Assembly (NCBI GenBank): GCA_051880035.1
Contig: JBJENE010000014.1
Span: 1 to 64,000, forward strand
Length of the DNA: 64,000 nucleotides
Source of the DNA: Butyrivibrio sp.
GTDB taxonomy: Bacteria > Bacillota > Clostridia > Lachnospirales > Lachnospiraceae
Direction of reading: 5' to 3'
The translations under genes were made by a program, and so were the position numbers. Shown here one piece after another: positions 1-9,412 of this stretch. The number at the start of each line of letters is the position of its first letter. The stretch's first letter is position 1. Below the pieces are notes generated by a model. The model was not told the origin of the DNA, ran no database searches, and saw nothing but the letters and a program-made list of their open reading frames with translations.

Positions 1-1454
1 ACATACTTTTTTATTTCCTCATAAGTCGCCTTACTCTCTGCACTGGTCAGATCCATCTCATCTATATCCAGCTTCACACTGACATGATGTTTCGCTTCAT
101 GAAGTTTGGACAATAAACATACAGTCTCCACATGTACCGCCCCCGGAAACATGTCCACGCACTTTACTTTCTCTACCTTGTATCCTCTGTCCTGGAAGAT
201 TACCAGGTCTCTGGCAAGGCTTGTAGGTTTGCAGGAAACATACACAATACGATTAACTCCGAAATTAATGATATGCTCAATTGCTTTAGGATGAATGCCG
301 TCCCTTGGCGGGTCCAGAACGATAAGGTCCGGCTTGTCAGTCAGACTGCCCACAACCTTTAAAACATCCCCGGCGATAAATTCACAGTTGGTCAGACCGT
401 TCATGGCTGCATTTTCCCTTGCGGCTTCAACCGCCTCTTCAACAATCTCCACGCCCACTACTTTTTTGGCAACAGGTGCAAGCACCTGGGCGATTGTGCC
501 GGTACCGCTGTATAAATCAAAAATAACTTTGTCCTTAAACTCTCCGGCAAATTCTCTTGTAAGTTCATAAAGGACTTCCGCTCCGAGTGTATTTGTCTGG
601 AAGAATGAGAACGGAGTGATTTTGAATTTCAGACCGAGAAGCTCTTCGTAAATGTAATCTCTGCCGAAAAGGATTTCCGTTCCCTGGTTCTGTACCGCAT
701 CTGCCAGACTGTCATTATTCGTATGAAGAATTCCTGTAAGCTCTCCGTCAAATTTTACCTGCTTTAAAGCCTCTACATAGCCTGTGAGGTCAGGACTGTA
801 TTGGGTTGAGGTAACTAAGTCCACCATGATTTCCCCGGTTTTAACGGCCTTGCGCACCAGAAGGTGGCGCAGATATCCCTCATGACGCATTTTGTGGTAA
901 AAAGGAAGTCCGGATTTGGTAAAATAATCCAGGGTAGCTTTAAGAACCTTGCGGCAATCACTGTCGATTATCTTGCATTCCGTAACAGATACAATGTCAT
1001 GGAAACTGCCTTTTTTGTGCATGCCAAGAGCAAGAGGTCCGTCTTTTACCTCATCTCCGAAAGAAAACTCCATTTTATTACGGTACGCTTCCGTCATTGG
1101 ACTTCCGGCAATTCCAAGAAAATCATAGTCATCACATACTTCGTCGATAATTTTTTTTACCTGGGAAGCTTTCATTTCGAGTTGCTTATCATATGCGACA
1201 CTCTGATATGTACAGCCGCCACATGCCCCGAAGTGGGTGCATCGAAGATTCGGATTTGTCCAGTCTGATTCTTCTATTACCTCCAAAAGCCGTCCTTCAT
1301 AACGGTCACCTTTTTTCTTATTAACAGCAAAACGAACCGTCTGTCCCGGAATTACATCCTTGACAACGGCACGCCCTTCTTCGCATTCTACTATTCCTTT
1401 GCCGGGAAAGTTAACTAAAGTAACCTTCCCGATATAAATCTGTCCTTTTTTCAT
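1..1454 (-). CDS. rlmD: 23S rRNA (uracil-C5)-methyltransferase RlmD/RumA family (TRAM domain + Fe-S + SAM MTase); C-terminus runs off window start
   Basis: Minus-strand ATG at 1452-1454 translates MKKGQIYIGKVTLVNFPGKG (TRAM), then CTHFGACGGCTYQ (Cys cluster) and a DPPR-type MTase motif. The frame stays open to position 1, so it is absent from the ORF track because there is no in-window stop. Confidence 0.8.
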   Translation of the reverse strand, partial: MKKGQIYIGKVTLVNFPGKGIVECEEGRAVVKDVIPGQTVRFAVNKKKGDRYEGRLLEVIEESDWTNPNLRCTHFGACGGCTYQSVAYDKQLEMKASQVKKIIDEVCDDYDFLGIAGSPMTEAYRNKMEFSFGDEVKDGPLALGMHKKGSFHDIVSVTECKIIDSDCRKVLKATLDYFTKSGLPFYHKMRHEGYLRHLLVRKAVKTGEIMVDLVTSTQYSPDLTGYVEALKQVKFDGELTGILHTNNDSLADAVQNQGTEILFGRDYIYEELLGLKFKITPFSFFQTNTLGAEVLYELTREFAGEFKDKVIFDLYSGTGTIAQVLAPVAKKVVGVEIVEEAVEAARENAAMNGLTNCEFIAGDVLKVVGSLTDKPDLIVLDPPRDGIHPKAIEHIINFGVNRIVYVSCKPTSLARDLVIFQDRGYKVEKVKCVDMFPGAVHVETVCLLSKLHEAKHHVSVKLDIDEMDLTSAESKATYEEIKKY

Positions 1455-1462
1455 ATTATCAG

Positions 1463-1855
1463 TCACTCATTATGTTTTTTATTTTTTACAAATAAAGATA
1501 CAAAAACCGCAGCGAGTCCTCCTACAATCAGAAATCCGTATAAAATCCATTCCCACGGAGCAATCCGTTCCTGTATAAAAATTGTGGTGTTCATAAAATT
1601 TACAACTACAACCACAACAACGCCTGCTACCGCAATAAGTTTGGATACCCAAAGGTGCGGTTTAACGATTAACATTACTATCCCTGCTATTAATGGAAGA
1701 AGTACTAAAAGTATTTTCCACCATGTCCAATCTCCCCCGGATTCAAGAAATGACGAATGCAGAGTACTTTTTGACAAAAACATGCATCCGCCCGTAACAA
1801 TCATTGCTAATCCGGCAATTACGCCAATCAGCTGATTTCTGGCTCTCTTGTTCAT
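1463..1855 (-). CDS. hypothetical polytopic small membrane protein (about 4 TM)
   Basis: 130-aa ORF with hydrophobic stretches (VVVVVVNF, WEWILYGFLIVGG); no recognisable catalytic motif. Confidence 0.45.
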   Translation of the reverse strand: MNKRARNQLIGVIAGLAMIVTGGCMFLSKSTLHSSFLESGGDWTWWKILLVLLPLIAGIVMLIVKPHLWVSKLIAVAGVVVVVVVNFMNTTIFIQERIAPWEWILYGFLIVGGLAAVFVSLFVKNKKHNE

Positions 1856-1933
1856 ATATACCTCCGATTACTTCATTAGCAGAAAAAACGGCAGGGAGCA
1901 AATCCCCGCCGTATTCATTGGCGTGTATAAAGA

Positions 1934-2194
1934 TTATGCTTCATAATCATCCTGAAAGTCATAGTCGTAGTCATCTTCAAAATCATCTTCATAATCTTCT
2001 AAATAATCCGGTTTAAAATATCTGTATAATGCGTATGCTGCGCCGGCAACCACTGCAATAACACCTACTATTGCAAAAATCTTAAGCCATTTGTTCCTTG
2101 TCTTGTGAGACTCCTGTATTTCAGCTTCTCCTCCCAGACATTCCGCAAGCTTACTTTCTGAAATTAAATCACTGATCTTTTTCATATATGTCAC
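1934..2194 (-). CDS. small single-TM protein with poly-acidic/aromatic C-terminal tail
   Basis: TM segment IFAIVGVIAVVAGAAYALY followed by DYLEDYEDDFEDDYDYDFQDDYEA; paralogous in architecture to the 61756..61971 protein. Confidence 0.45.
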   Translation of the reverse strand: MTYMKKISDLISESKLAECLGGEAEIQESHKTRNKWLKIFAIVGVIAVVAGAAYALYRYFKPDYLEDYEDDFEDDYDYDFQDDYEA

Positions 2195-2276
2195 CCTTTC
2201 TATAAATATTTAACCATATGCTATCCTATAATATGTATTTTACCATGAAAAAATATGTTTTTCCATAGTAAATACA

Positions 2277-4520
2277 TTAGATTTTACATAATTTTGCAAA
2301 TGAAGCAAACATTTTTTTGACACCGGCAGTATCAAATTCCACTGTTACCTCATAATCCCGGCCGCCATTCTTAATATCCTTTACGGTTCCTTCACCGAAT
2401 TTGACATGTTTTACCCGGTCGCCGGTCTCATATCCCGGTCCTTCTCCGCCAGACTGTGTCTTCTTATCGAATATTCCGGAACTGATTGCATCCTTTTGAA
2501 AAGACTGGAATGCGATTTTGCCGGGAGTCCTCGGAGGAAGATTAAAATGATCTTTGCCGTCAATAAGAGGACTTTTCTTACGGGTTATCTGTCCGCTGGT
2601 AATAAGTAATTCTTTGGGAATCTCATTTATAAAGCGGGAGTTGCGGTTAATCTGCATTTCACCTCTTATGGTTCTTACCCGTGCCGCACTGAGTACAAGC
2701 TTTTCACGGGCCCTTGTTATTCCCACATAACAAAGTCTTCGTTCCTCCTCAATATCTGCCTCATTACCGCTGGAAATTGCCATATAACTCGGAAAAAGGC
2801 CATCCTCCATTCCTGCTATATATACAATTGGGAATTCCAGACCTTTGGCACTGTGCAAAGTCATAAGTGAAACAATATTATTTTCATCATCCATGTTGTC
2901 AATATCTGCAACCAATGCAACTTCCTCAAGGAAACCGCCAAGTGTAGGCTCGTCCTCACTCTCTTCATACAGTGCAGCCTTGGAGATAAGTTCATCAATA
3001 TTCTGCATTCTTTCCTCAACTTCTTCAGGAAGCTCACTGCTTTCCAGATATTCCGCATATCCCGTTTCTTGAACGACTTCTTCTATAAGCTTTTTGACAG
3101 AATAAAAAGGCACTTTTGAACGGAATACCTGTATCATGTTGACAAAAGGTTCGATTTTGGCGGCAGCCCTTCCGAGAGACGGTATTTCACCCGCCATTCT
3201 CAGTCCGTCGTAGAAACTGATGTCGTTATCATATGCATAATTTGAAATTTTATCCATACTTGTAGCACCGATTCCTCTTTTGGGAATATTGAGGATTCTT
3301 TTGACTGCCAGATCATCCTTCGCATTGTCGATGGTCTTAAGGTATGCAAGAATGTCTTTTATTTCCTTGCGGGCATAGAAATTTATACCGCCATATATAC
3401 GATACGGAATATTGTGCTCCAGAAGTTTTTCTTCAAGAGTTCTGGACTGGGCATTGGTTCTGTATAATATTGCACAGTCATTATAGGAATATCCGTCTGA
3501 TATACTTTTGGCAATGTCAGCGGCAATTCCCTCTGCTTCTTCGTATCCGCTTTCATATATGTTGAAACAGACTTTTTCTCCTTCTCCCGCTTCGGTCCAC
3601 AGACTTTTGGATTTACGCTCGGCATTATTTTTTATTACCGAATTGGCCGTATCAAGAATTGTCTGGGTTGAACGGTAATTCTGCTCCAGCTTGATTACCT
3701 TTGCATCAGGATAATGTCCTTCAAAATTCAGGATATTTAAAATATTGGCTCCCCTGAATTTATATATGGACTGATCATCATCCCCCACAACGCAAAGATT
3801 GTGATATTTGCCGGCAAGAAGGCTTATCAGACGAAACTGGGCCGTATTTGTATCCTGGTACTCATCCACCATTATATATTTAAATCTTTCCTGGTAGTAT
3901 TGAAGGACCTCGGGATTCTTTTCAAAAAGTTCTATGGTCAGATTGATAATATCGTCAAAATCAACCGCATTATTTTTCTTAAGCTGCTCCTGATATTCCC
4001 TGTATATTTCGGAAATACGCATTTTGCCATAATCTCCGCTGCTCATACGATACATTTCATCCGGAGTTATAAGCTCGTCCTTGGCATGGGATATTTCGCT
4101 AAGAAGTGTTCGCTCTTTATATACCTTGGTATCAACATCCAGTCTTTTGCAGACATCTTTAATAACTGTTTTCTGGTCGTCGGTATCATAGATTGTGAAA
4201 TTATTGTCATATCCAAGAAAATCAATATGTCTTCTGAGAATTCTCATGCATGCCGCATGAAATGTCATAATCCATGCTGCATCCGCATCATACCCCACAA
4301 GCCTGTCCACACGCTCTCTCATTTCCTTAGCGGCCTTGTTTGTAAAAGTAATTGCCATGATATTATAGGGATTTACCTGTAATTCATCTATCAGATAGGC
4401 AATGCGGTGTGTGAGAACTCCTGTTTTACCGGAACCCGCTCCTGCCAGAATAAGCACAGGACCCTCAGTGGTAAAAACGCCTTCCTTCTGCTGCTCATTG
4501 AGTTTATCGTAAATGCTCAT
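2277..4520 (-). CDS. pcrA: ATP-dependent DNA helicase PcrA (UvrD family)
   Basis: MSIYDKLNEQQKE start with GGAGG RBS; Walker A AGAGSGKT; UvrD helicase motifs throughout; about 748 aa. The annotated longer ORF start (4568) lacks an RBS. Confidence 0.9.
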   Translation of the reverse strand: MSIYDKLNEQQKEGVFTTEGPVLILAGAGSGKTGVLTHRIAYLIDELQVNPYNIMAITFTNKAAKEMRERVDRLVGYDADAAWIMTFHAACMRILRRHIDFLGYDNNFTIYDTDDQKTVIKDVCKRLDVDTKVYKERTLLSEISHAKDELITPDEMYRMSSGDYGKMRISEIYREYQEQLKKNNAVDFDDIINLTIELFEKNPEVLQYYQERFKYIMVDEYQDTNTAQFRLISLLAGKYHNLCVVGDDDQSIYKFRGANILNILNFEGHYPDAKVIKLEQNYRSTQTILDTANSVIKNNAERKSKSLWTEAGEGEKVCFNIYESGYEEAEGIAADIAKSISDGYSYNDCAILYRTNAQSRTLEEKLLEHNIPYRIYGGINFYARKEIKDILAYLKTIDNAKDDLAVKRILNIPKRGIGATSMDKISNYAYDNDISFYDGLRMAGEIPSLGRAAAKIEPFVNMIQVFRSKVPFYSVKKLIEEVVQETGYAEYLESSELPEEVEERMQNIDELISKAALYEESEDEPTLGGFLEEVALVADIDNMDDENNIVSLMTLHSAKGLEFPIVYIAGMEDGLFPSYMAISSGNEADIEEERRLCYVGITRAREKLVLSAARVRTIRGEMQINRNSRFINEIPKELLITSGQITRKKSPLIDGKDHFNLPPRTPGKIAFQSFQKDAISSGIFDKKTQSGGEGPGYETGDRVKHVKFGEGTVKDIKNGGRDYEVTVEFDTAGVKKMFASFAKLCKI

Positions 4521-4546
4521 TCTCTGCCTCCTAATGCATAAAATGT

Positions 4547-5371
4547 TTATACCAGTTTGTTCCCGCATTCGGGACAGAATTTCATATTATTCACCGGAGT
4601 TCCGCACTGAGGGCAGAACTTAGGAGCTTTGCCTCCTGACAAAGATACCGTACCGGCCGGGCCCGAACCGTTTACAAGCTGCTCTGCCGCTGCTTTTTCC
4701 TGAACTTTCCTTATTTCTTCAGGGTAACTGAAACTTGAAATTCTGAAATCCGTAATAGTAATTCCGTCTTTCATAATCTGCATGTCAAGTTCTTCACCTA
4801 TTCCCTTTGCAATTTCTCCCGCACTTGACTGAAGGTCATACATATCCCTTCCGGCCTTCCCTATCCATTTCATAAGTAGCTCGTCAAGAACGGAAAGAAC
4901 TCTTTCCCTTAAGTCTTCAACAGTATACTGCTGCTTTATTCCCGCTATTTTGTCAATAAGTGTTATGTAGTCGGAAATTCTGCAGTTAAATGTTCCGAAT
5001 GCTCTTATCGGCACTCCGCCCGCAATACCGTTCACAGGAACATTAACAGGCATTTTGGTTCCCCATTTTACCGTAAGTTCCTTAGTATTAATAAAAATAA
5101 TTTCTGCTCTTATACTTGAATTAAGACCAAATTTATATCCTTTTAAGGAGGACAAAAACGGAACAATCTGTGATTCTATGTCATATGTTCCTTCATCCTC
5201 AAAAATTCCTTCTATTTTCTGATCCTGCATAAAAATGGCATTCTGTCCGGTCCTTATAACCAGTCTGCTGCCCTTTTTTATTTCATTGTCATGCCATTTC
5301 CAAAGAATAACATCATCACTGTACTCTTCCCACTCAACTATATTTGAAAACCGGTCCTTAAAAAGCCCCAT
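4547..5371 (-). CDS. YdjI-like SPFH/band-7-related protein with C-terminal double zinc ribbon
   Basis: N-terminal MGLFKDRFSNIVEWEEYSDDVILWKW...EIKKGSRL matches my recollection of B. subtilis YdjI; C-terminal CPQCG...CPECG zinc ribbon; sits immediately downstream of pspA as in the B. subtilis ydjFGHI locus. Confidence 0.7.
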   Translation of the reverse strand: MGLFKDRFSNIVEWEEYSDDVILWKWHDNEIKKGSRLVIRTGQNAIFMQDQKIEGIFEDEGTYDIESQIVPFLSSLKGYKFGLNSSIRAEIIFINTKELTVKWGTKMPVNVPVNGIAGGVPIRAFGTFNCRISDYITLIDKIAGIKQQYTVEDLRERVLSVLDELLMKWIGKAGRDMYDLQSSAGEIAKGIGEELDMQIMKDGITITDFRISSFSYPEEIRKVQEKAAAEQLVNGSGPAGTVSLSGGKAPKFCPQCGTPVNNMKFCPECGNKLV

Positions 5372-5433
5372 TTATATTTCCTCCGTATTTACTGCCTGTC
5401 TGCAGGTATGATTTAATTTGCCATTTACAGTTT

Positions 5434-5458
5434 AAAAAGGGTGCCCCAGGGACACCCT
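5434..5458 (-). terminator. intrinsic terminator after pspA
   Basis: Minus strand reads AGGGTGTCCCTGGGGCACCCT followed by TTTTT. Confidence 0.5.
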
Positions 5459-5488
5459 CTATTATCATATGTAATCAACTCAGAAAGA

Positions 5489-6166
5489 TTACATTCCCAT
5501 TTTAGCCTTTAATGCTGCAAGTTCATCATCTACAGCCGGTGCTGAAACTTTGTATTTGCTTTCAAGTTCTTCGATGGAATTATCGGTACCTGAAGTATTA
5601 AGCTCTGCCATTGCATTAGCCTCGTCAAGCATTCTGTCCGCCTTCGCTTCCATTCTGCTGAAGGCTGAAAGATTTTCCTGAGCTCCTGTCATGTTGGCAC
5701 CAATCTTATTAACTGTCTGCTGTGCCTTTGCAACTTTCATCTTAGCCTTAATAGTATCTCTTCTGGTATTAAGCTCGCTTATATCATTAACAAGCTTATC
5801 ATGCATCTCACGCATCTTGGTAGCATTGGCTTCTGCTAATGTATAAGTCTCCTGTAAAGCCTGCTGCTTGGTAACAAGAGTCTGCTTCTTGGAAAGGAAA
5901 GCTCTTGCATCATCATCATTTCCGGCAACAACTGCTTTCTCTGCATATGACTGAAGCTTGTTGATCTCGGCAGTACACTCATCAAGATCTCTCTTGGCTC
6001 TCTTCTCATCAGCCATAACAGCTGCTGTCTCTGCTTTAACCTTGCCCAGATCACTTTCAAGATTACGCAAATACTGGTCAATCATCTTTTCCGGATCTTC
6101 ACACTTATCTAAAAGTGCATTAATATTTGCTGACATAATGTCTTTAAATCTGGATAAAATTCCCAT
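5489..6166 (-). CDS. pspA: phage shock protein A / IM30 (PspA/LiaH family)
   Basis: MGILSRFKDIMSANINALLDKCEDPEKMIDQYLRNL... is the canonical PspA N-terminus; coiled-coil composition throughout. Confidence 0.85.
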   Translation of the reverse strand: MGILSRFKDIMSANINALLDKCEDPEKMIDQYLRNLESDLGKVKAETAAVMADEKRAKRDLDECTAEINKLQSYAEKAVVAGNDDDARAFLSKKQTLVTKQQALQETYTLAEANATKMREMHDKLVNDISELNTRRDTIKAKMKVAKAQQTVNKIGANMTGAQENLSAFSRMEAKADRMLDEANAMAELNTSGTDNSIEELESKYKVSAPAVDDELAALKAKMGM

Positions 6167-6343
6167 TGTCTATTACCTCCACACATATGTTATTCTGCCG
6201 TATGCATTCCATAGCTACGGCCTACCTAAATATTATATCTTATTCCTTTTAAAATGTCACTAATATTTTATTTTTCTTGTCATATGGTTTTAATTACTAT
6301 ATAATATAACATAAATACTACTTCACGCATATCAGGAGGTATT

Positions 6344-7039
6344 ATGTCATCAAAACAAACAGACTCAATAGCACAGCTTATTAAACAGCTTTCAATTCAG
6401 TATATTAAAACCGAAGAGCTTCCGAACATTGATTTATACATGGATCAGGTCACTACATTTATTAACGGGCATCTTTCGGATGCAAAGCTGAAACCGGACG
6501 ATAAAACATTAACCAAGACAATGATTAACAACTATGCGAAGAACAATCTTCTTCCGCCTCCGGTCAAGAAAAAATATTCCAAGGAGCACATGATTGTCCT
6601 GATTTTTATATACTATCTTAAGTATATTCTTCCAATCGGCTCAATCCAGGAAATGCTCAATCCCCTCACAAGCCGCTTTTTCAATCCGGCCGACAACGAG
6701 GGACATGTTGACATGACTTCCATTTATAACGAAGTTCTTTCTTCAATTAAGGAGCAGGTTCCCAATGTAAATACTGATATTATTAATATGCTCAAATTTG
6801 CCGGCGAACATTTTACGGAAGTAGAAAATGACGACGACAGGGAATTTTTACAAACCCTCAATATGATTTGCATGCTGATGTATGATGTTTTCCTTAAAAA
6901 ACAGCTTATAGAAAGTCTTATTTCTTCCCTTTCTCCTGAAAAGGAAGCCCCGGTTAAAAAAGATGCGGCTGCCAAGAAGGACCCTAAAGAGAAAGAAAAA
7001 GATAAAGAACCTAAAAAAAAGGAGCCTGATGCTTCATAA
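6344..7039 (+). CDS. hypothetical protein (DUF1836-like) with Lys/Glu-rich C-terminus
   Basis: 231-aa ORF transcribed divergently from pspA with an RBS; no catalytic motifs; KKDAAAKKDPKEKEKDKEPKKKEP tail. Confidence 0.45.
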   Translation: MSSKQTDSIAQLIKQLSIQYIKTEELPNIDLYMDQVTTFINGHLSDAKLKPDDKTLTKTMINNYAKNNLLPPPVKKKYSKEHMIVLIFIYYLKYILPIGSIQEMLNPLTSRFFNPADNEGHVDMTSIYNEVLSSIKEQVPNVNTDIINMLKFAGEHFTEVENDDDREFLQTLNMICMLMYDVFLKKQLIESLISSLSPEKEAPVKKDAAAKKDPKEKEKDKEPKKKEPDAS

Positions 7040-7106
7040 ATCAGGCCCATATGATGTAAAAACCTGTTTGGAAATTAATCAAACAGGTTTTTCATACATT
7101 AAATTA

Positions 7107-7403
7107 TTATTCTTTGTCTCCGTAAAGTCTTGCAAATACCATATCATATCCGTCATTACCGTAATTAAGGGAACGGTTAACTCTGCTTATTGTAGCGGTT
7201 GACGCACCGGTCTTTTCTGCAATATCAAGATATGTCTTTCCTTCACGAAGCATCTTTGCCACCTCGTATCTTTGAGACATGGAAATAAGTTCATTGACCG
7301 TACACACATCCTCAAAAAATGCGTAACACTCCTCCTTGCTTTCCAGACTCAAAACTGCATCAAATAAATGATCAACTGCTTCTGTATGAATATTTTTACT
7401 CAT
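7107..7403 (-). CDS. YerC/YecD-family TrpR-like DNA-binding protein
   Basis: About 98 aa with ...LREGKTYLDIAEKTGASTATISRVNRSLNYG HTH typical of the YerC/YecD family; ATG at 7403 preceded by GAGGTGG. Confidence 0.65.
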   Translation of the reverse strand: MSKNIHTEAVDHLFDAVLSLESKEECYAFFEDVCTVNELISMSQRYEVAKMLREGKTYLDIAEKTGASTATISRVNRSLNYGNDGYDMVFARLYGDKE

Positions 7404-7466
7404 ATGAACCACCTCTTGTGTTATTATGCACTTTCATCTTGTAAAATTTTAACACAGTAAAGCATT

Positions 7467-8276
7467 CTAGTCCAGTACAAATTTTTCCAAAGTATATGCA
7501 ATCCCATCATTATCATTGGACGGTGCAATAAAATCCGCCTCTGCCTTAACAGTATCGTTGCCGTTACTCATCGCAACTCCCATTCCGGCATACTTAATCA
7601 TGGAAAGGTCATTGTACCCGTCTCCGAAAGTCATCAGCTCCTCCCTTGTGGCACCGATTTCATTAAGAAGAGTGGAAAGCCCGCTGGCTTTATTAATTCC
7701 TTTGGGCATTATTTCAAGGAAAAACGGTTCTGAGCGGTACACATCCATCCTGTCATGGAGCTGCCTGTACACTTTTTTCTCGACTTCTGCCAGATAATCC
7801 CCATCACCCAACATAAGAAATTTAGGAACCTCATATGTAAGGTGAGCCAGAAGATCCGGCACCTCCTTGATTCCCAGTCCGTTAATTCCTGCTTCAAGCC
7901 TGAGATATTTATCATTCGTATTCTCGGAGATTACATCATCACCGTCATATGTCATTATATTGACACCACATTCTTTTGCAAGAAGGTAGATTTCCTCATA
8001 GTAACATCTCGGAAGCATCTTCTCCTTCACATGAGCACCGTCGGAGCATCTCAAAAGAGCACCGCCGTTATAAGCCAGAATATAGCCGTTATGTTCTTTC
8101 AGATTAAGTTCCTTGGCATATCTTCTGATTCCCTGTACCGGTCTTCCCGATGCAATTACCACTCTGCAGCCTTTATCTGCGGCTTTTTGAATTGCATCTT
8201 TGGTGGCAGGTGTAATTTTTTTATCTGAATTGACCAATGTTCCGTCAATATCAAACGCAAGTACTTTGTAGTCCAT
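7467..8276 (-). CDS. HAD-superfamily Cof-type phosphatase
   Basis: MDYKVLAFDIDGTL (DxDGT motif I), ...GDGYND (motif III); start at 8276 with GGAGGA RBS. Confidence 0.8.
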   Translation of the reverse strand: MDYKVLAFDIDGTLVNSDKKITPATKDAIQKAADKGCRVVIASGRPVQGIRRYAKELNLKEHNGYILAYNGGALLRCSDGAHVKEKMLPRCYYEEIYLLAKECGVNIMTYDGDDVISENTNDKYLRLEAGINGLGIKEVPDLLAHLTYEVPKFLMLGDGDYLAEVEKKVYRQLHDRMDVYRSEPFFLEIMPKGINKASGLSTLLNEIGATREELMTFGDGYNDLSMIKYAGMGVAMSNGNDTVKAEADFIAPSNDNDGIAYTLEKFVLD

Positions 8277-8445
8277 TTCTATCCTCCTAAGTGAAACCAT
8301 ATTGTAACACCCGTATTCAAAAAAAGCAACACCTTACACCGGAATACCGGCATTATTAGTTAATTTTTTAACAAATGTTGTCTGTTTACATTTTTTTCGA
8401 AAGGTTTATAATTTAAAAGCAGGAAAAAATACGAGAGGAAATACT

Positions 8446-9411
8446 ATGCCGGGATTTGTAACACACTATATATTCGGAGTAAATACATACAAGGATTCCG
8501 TTACGGATTCGGATGTCAGAAGAATAATCAAACGGCATCCCAATGCTTTTGCCCTGGGGCTTCTTGGCCCTGATTTGTTCTTTCACTATGCGCCAATGGA
8601 CATGGGAATAAGACCCAATATAGCGAATATTATCCATAAGCGCAGGACGGGCAGTTTTTTCTACCACCTTATCCGTTCCGTAACGCTTTTATCAGATGCA
8701 TATGAATATGAAACCGCAGTTGCATATATTGAGGGTTTTCTTGGCCATTATGTGCTTGATACCACAATGCATCCTTATGTTTACTGCAAAGTTGGTACAT
8801 CCACCAAAAGAGAAACCCTGGGTACACATTTTGCTCTTGAAACAGATATCGACAGAGAAGTTTTATTCCGGTATAAGGGCATTTCACAGGCAGATTTTTC
8901 CCATGCCGGTGCCCTGGTACTTTCATTAAAAGAGCAAAAAACAGTGGCATTACTCCTCAATTATGCAATAAAAGCCAATTACGGACTTGATATTTCCGCT
9001 ACCCTTATTAAATCCATTATTTTCTGTCTGCCGATTGAATGTGCGCTGCGAACAGACAGAAAGTTTTACAAGCAGAAATTAATAACCACATTTGAAAATA
9101 TTTTTTTCGGATACAAAATTTTGTCTCCCCTTCTTATTAATAATGCCTCTTATCTTGATGATCCGTGTAACGAAAATCACAATGAATGGCATAATCCATG
9201 GGACGACTCAGTAAAAAGCACTGACAGTATTTATGATATTCTTGAAAAAGAGCAGAAATCATATGCCGCATATATGAATGCAATGAAATCTGCCCTTGAT
9301 AATGCTTTTAACGGCTGTATTCCGCCTAAAAACAGGATTATTAAATTATTCGGAAACAAATCCTACAGCAGCGGCCTTGACTGCCGTATTGAACTTACAA
9401 GGGAGCCTTAA
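8446..9411 (+). CDS. zinc-dependent phospholipase C family protein (putative)
   Basis: MPGFVTHYIFG... start and HYVLDTTMHPYVY His-rich motifs resemble the PLC zinc-binding domain family; my recollection only. Confidence 0.5.
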   Translation: MPGFVTHYIFGVNTYKDSVTDSDVRRIIKRHPNAFALGLLGPDLFFHYAPMDMGIRPNIANIIHKRRTGSFFYHLIRSVTLLSDAYEYETAVAYIEGFLGHYVLDTTMHPYVYCKVGTSTKRETLGTHFALETDIDREVLFRYKGISQADFSHAGALVLSLKEQKTVALLLNYAIKANYGLDISATLIKSIIFCLPIECALRTDRKFYKQKLITTFENIFFGYKILSPLLINNASYLDDPCNENHNEWHNPWDDSVKSTDSIYDILEKEQKSYAAYMNAMKSALDNAFNGCIPPKNRIIKLFGNKSYSSGLDCRIELTREP

Positions 9412-9412
9412 A

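Noticed and set aside
864-1268. 134-aa plus-strand ORF
   Set aside because: Lies entirely antisense within the well-supported rlmD coding region; no RBS; junk-like composition.
3801-4382. 193-aa plus-strand ORF
   Set aside because: Antisense to pcrA, hydrophobic low-complexity translation typical of antisense AT-rich reading.
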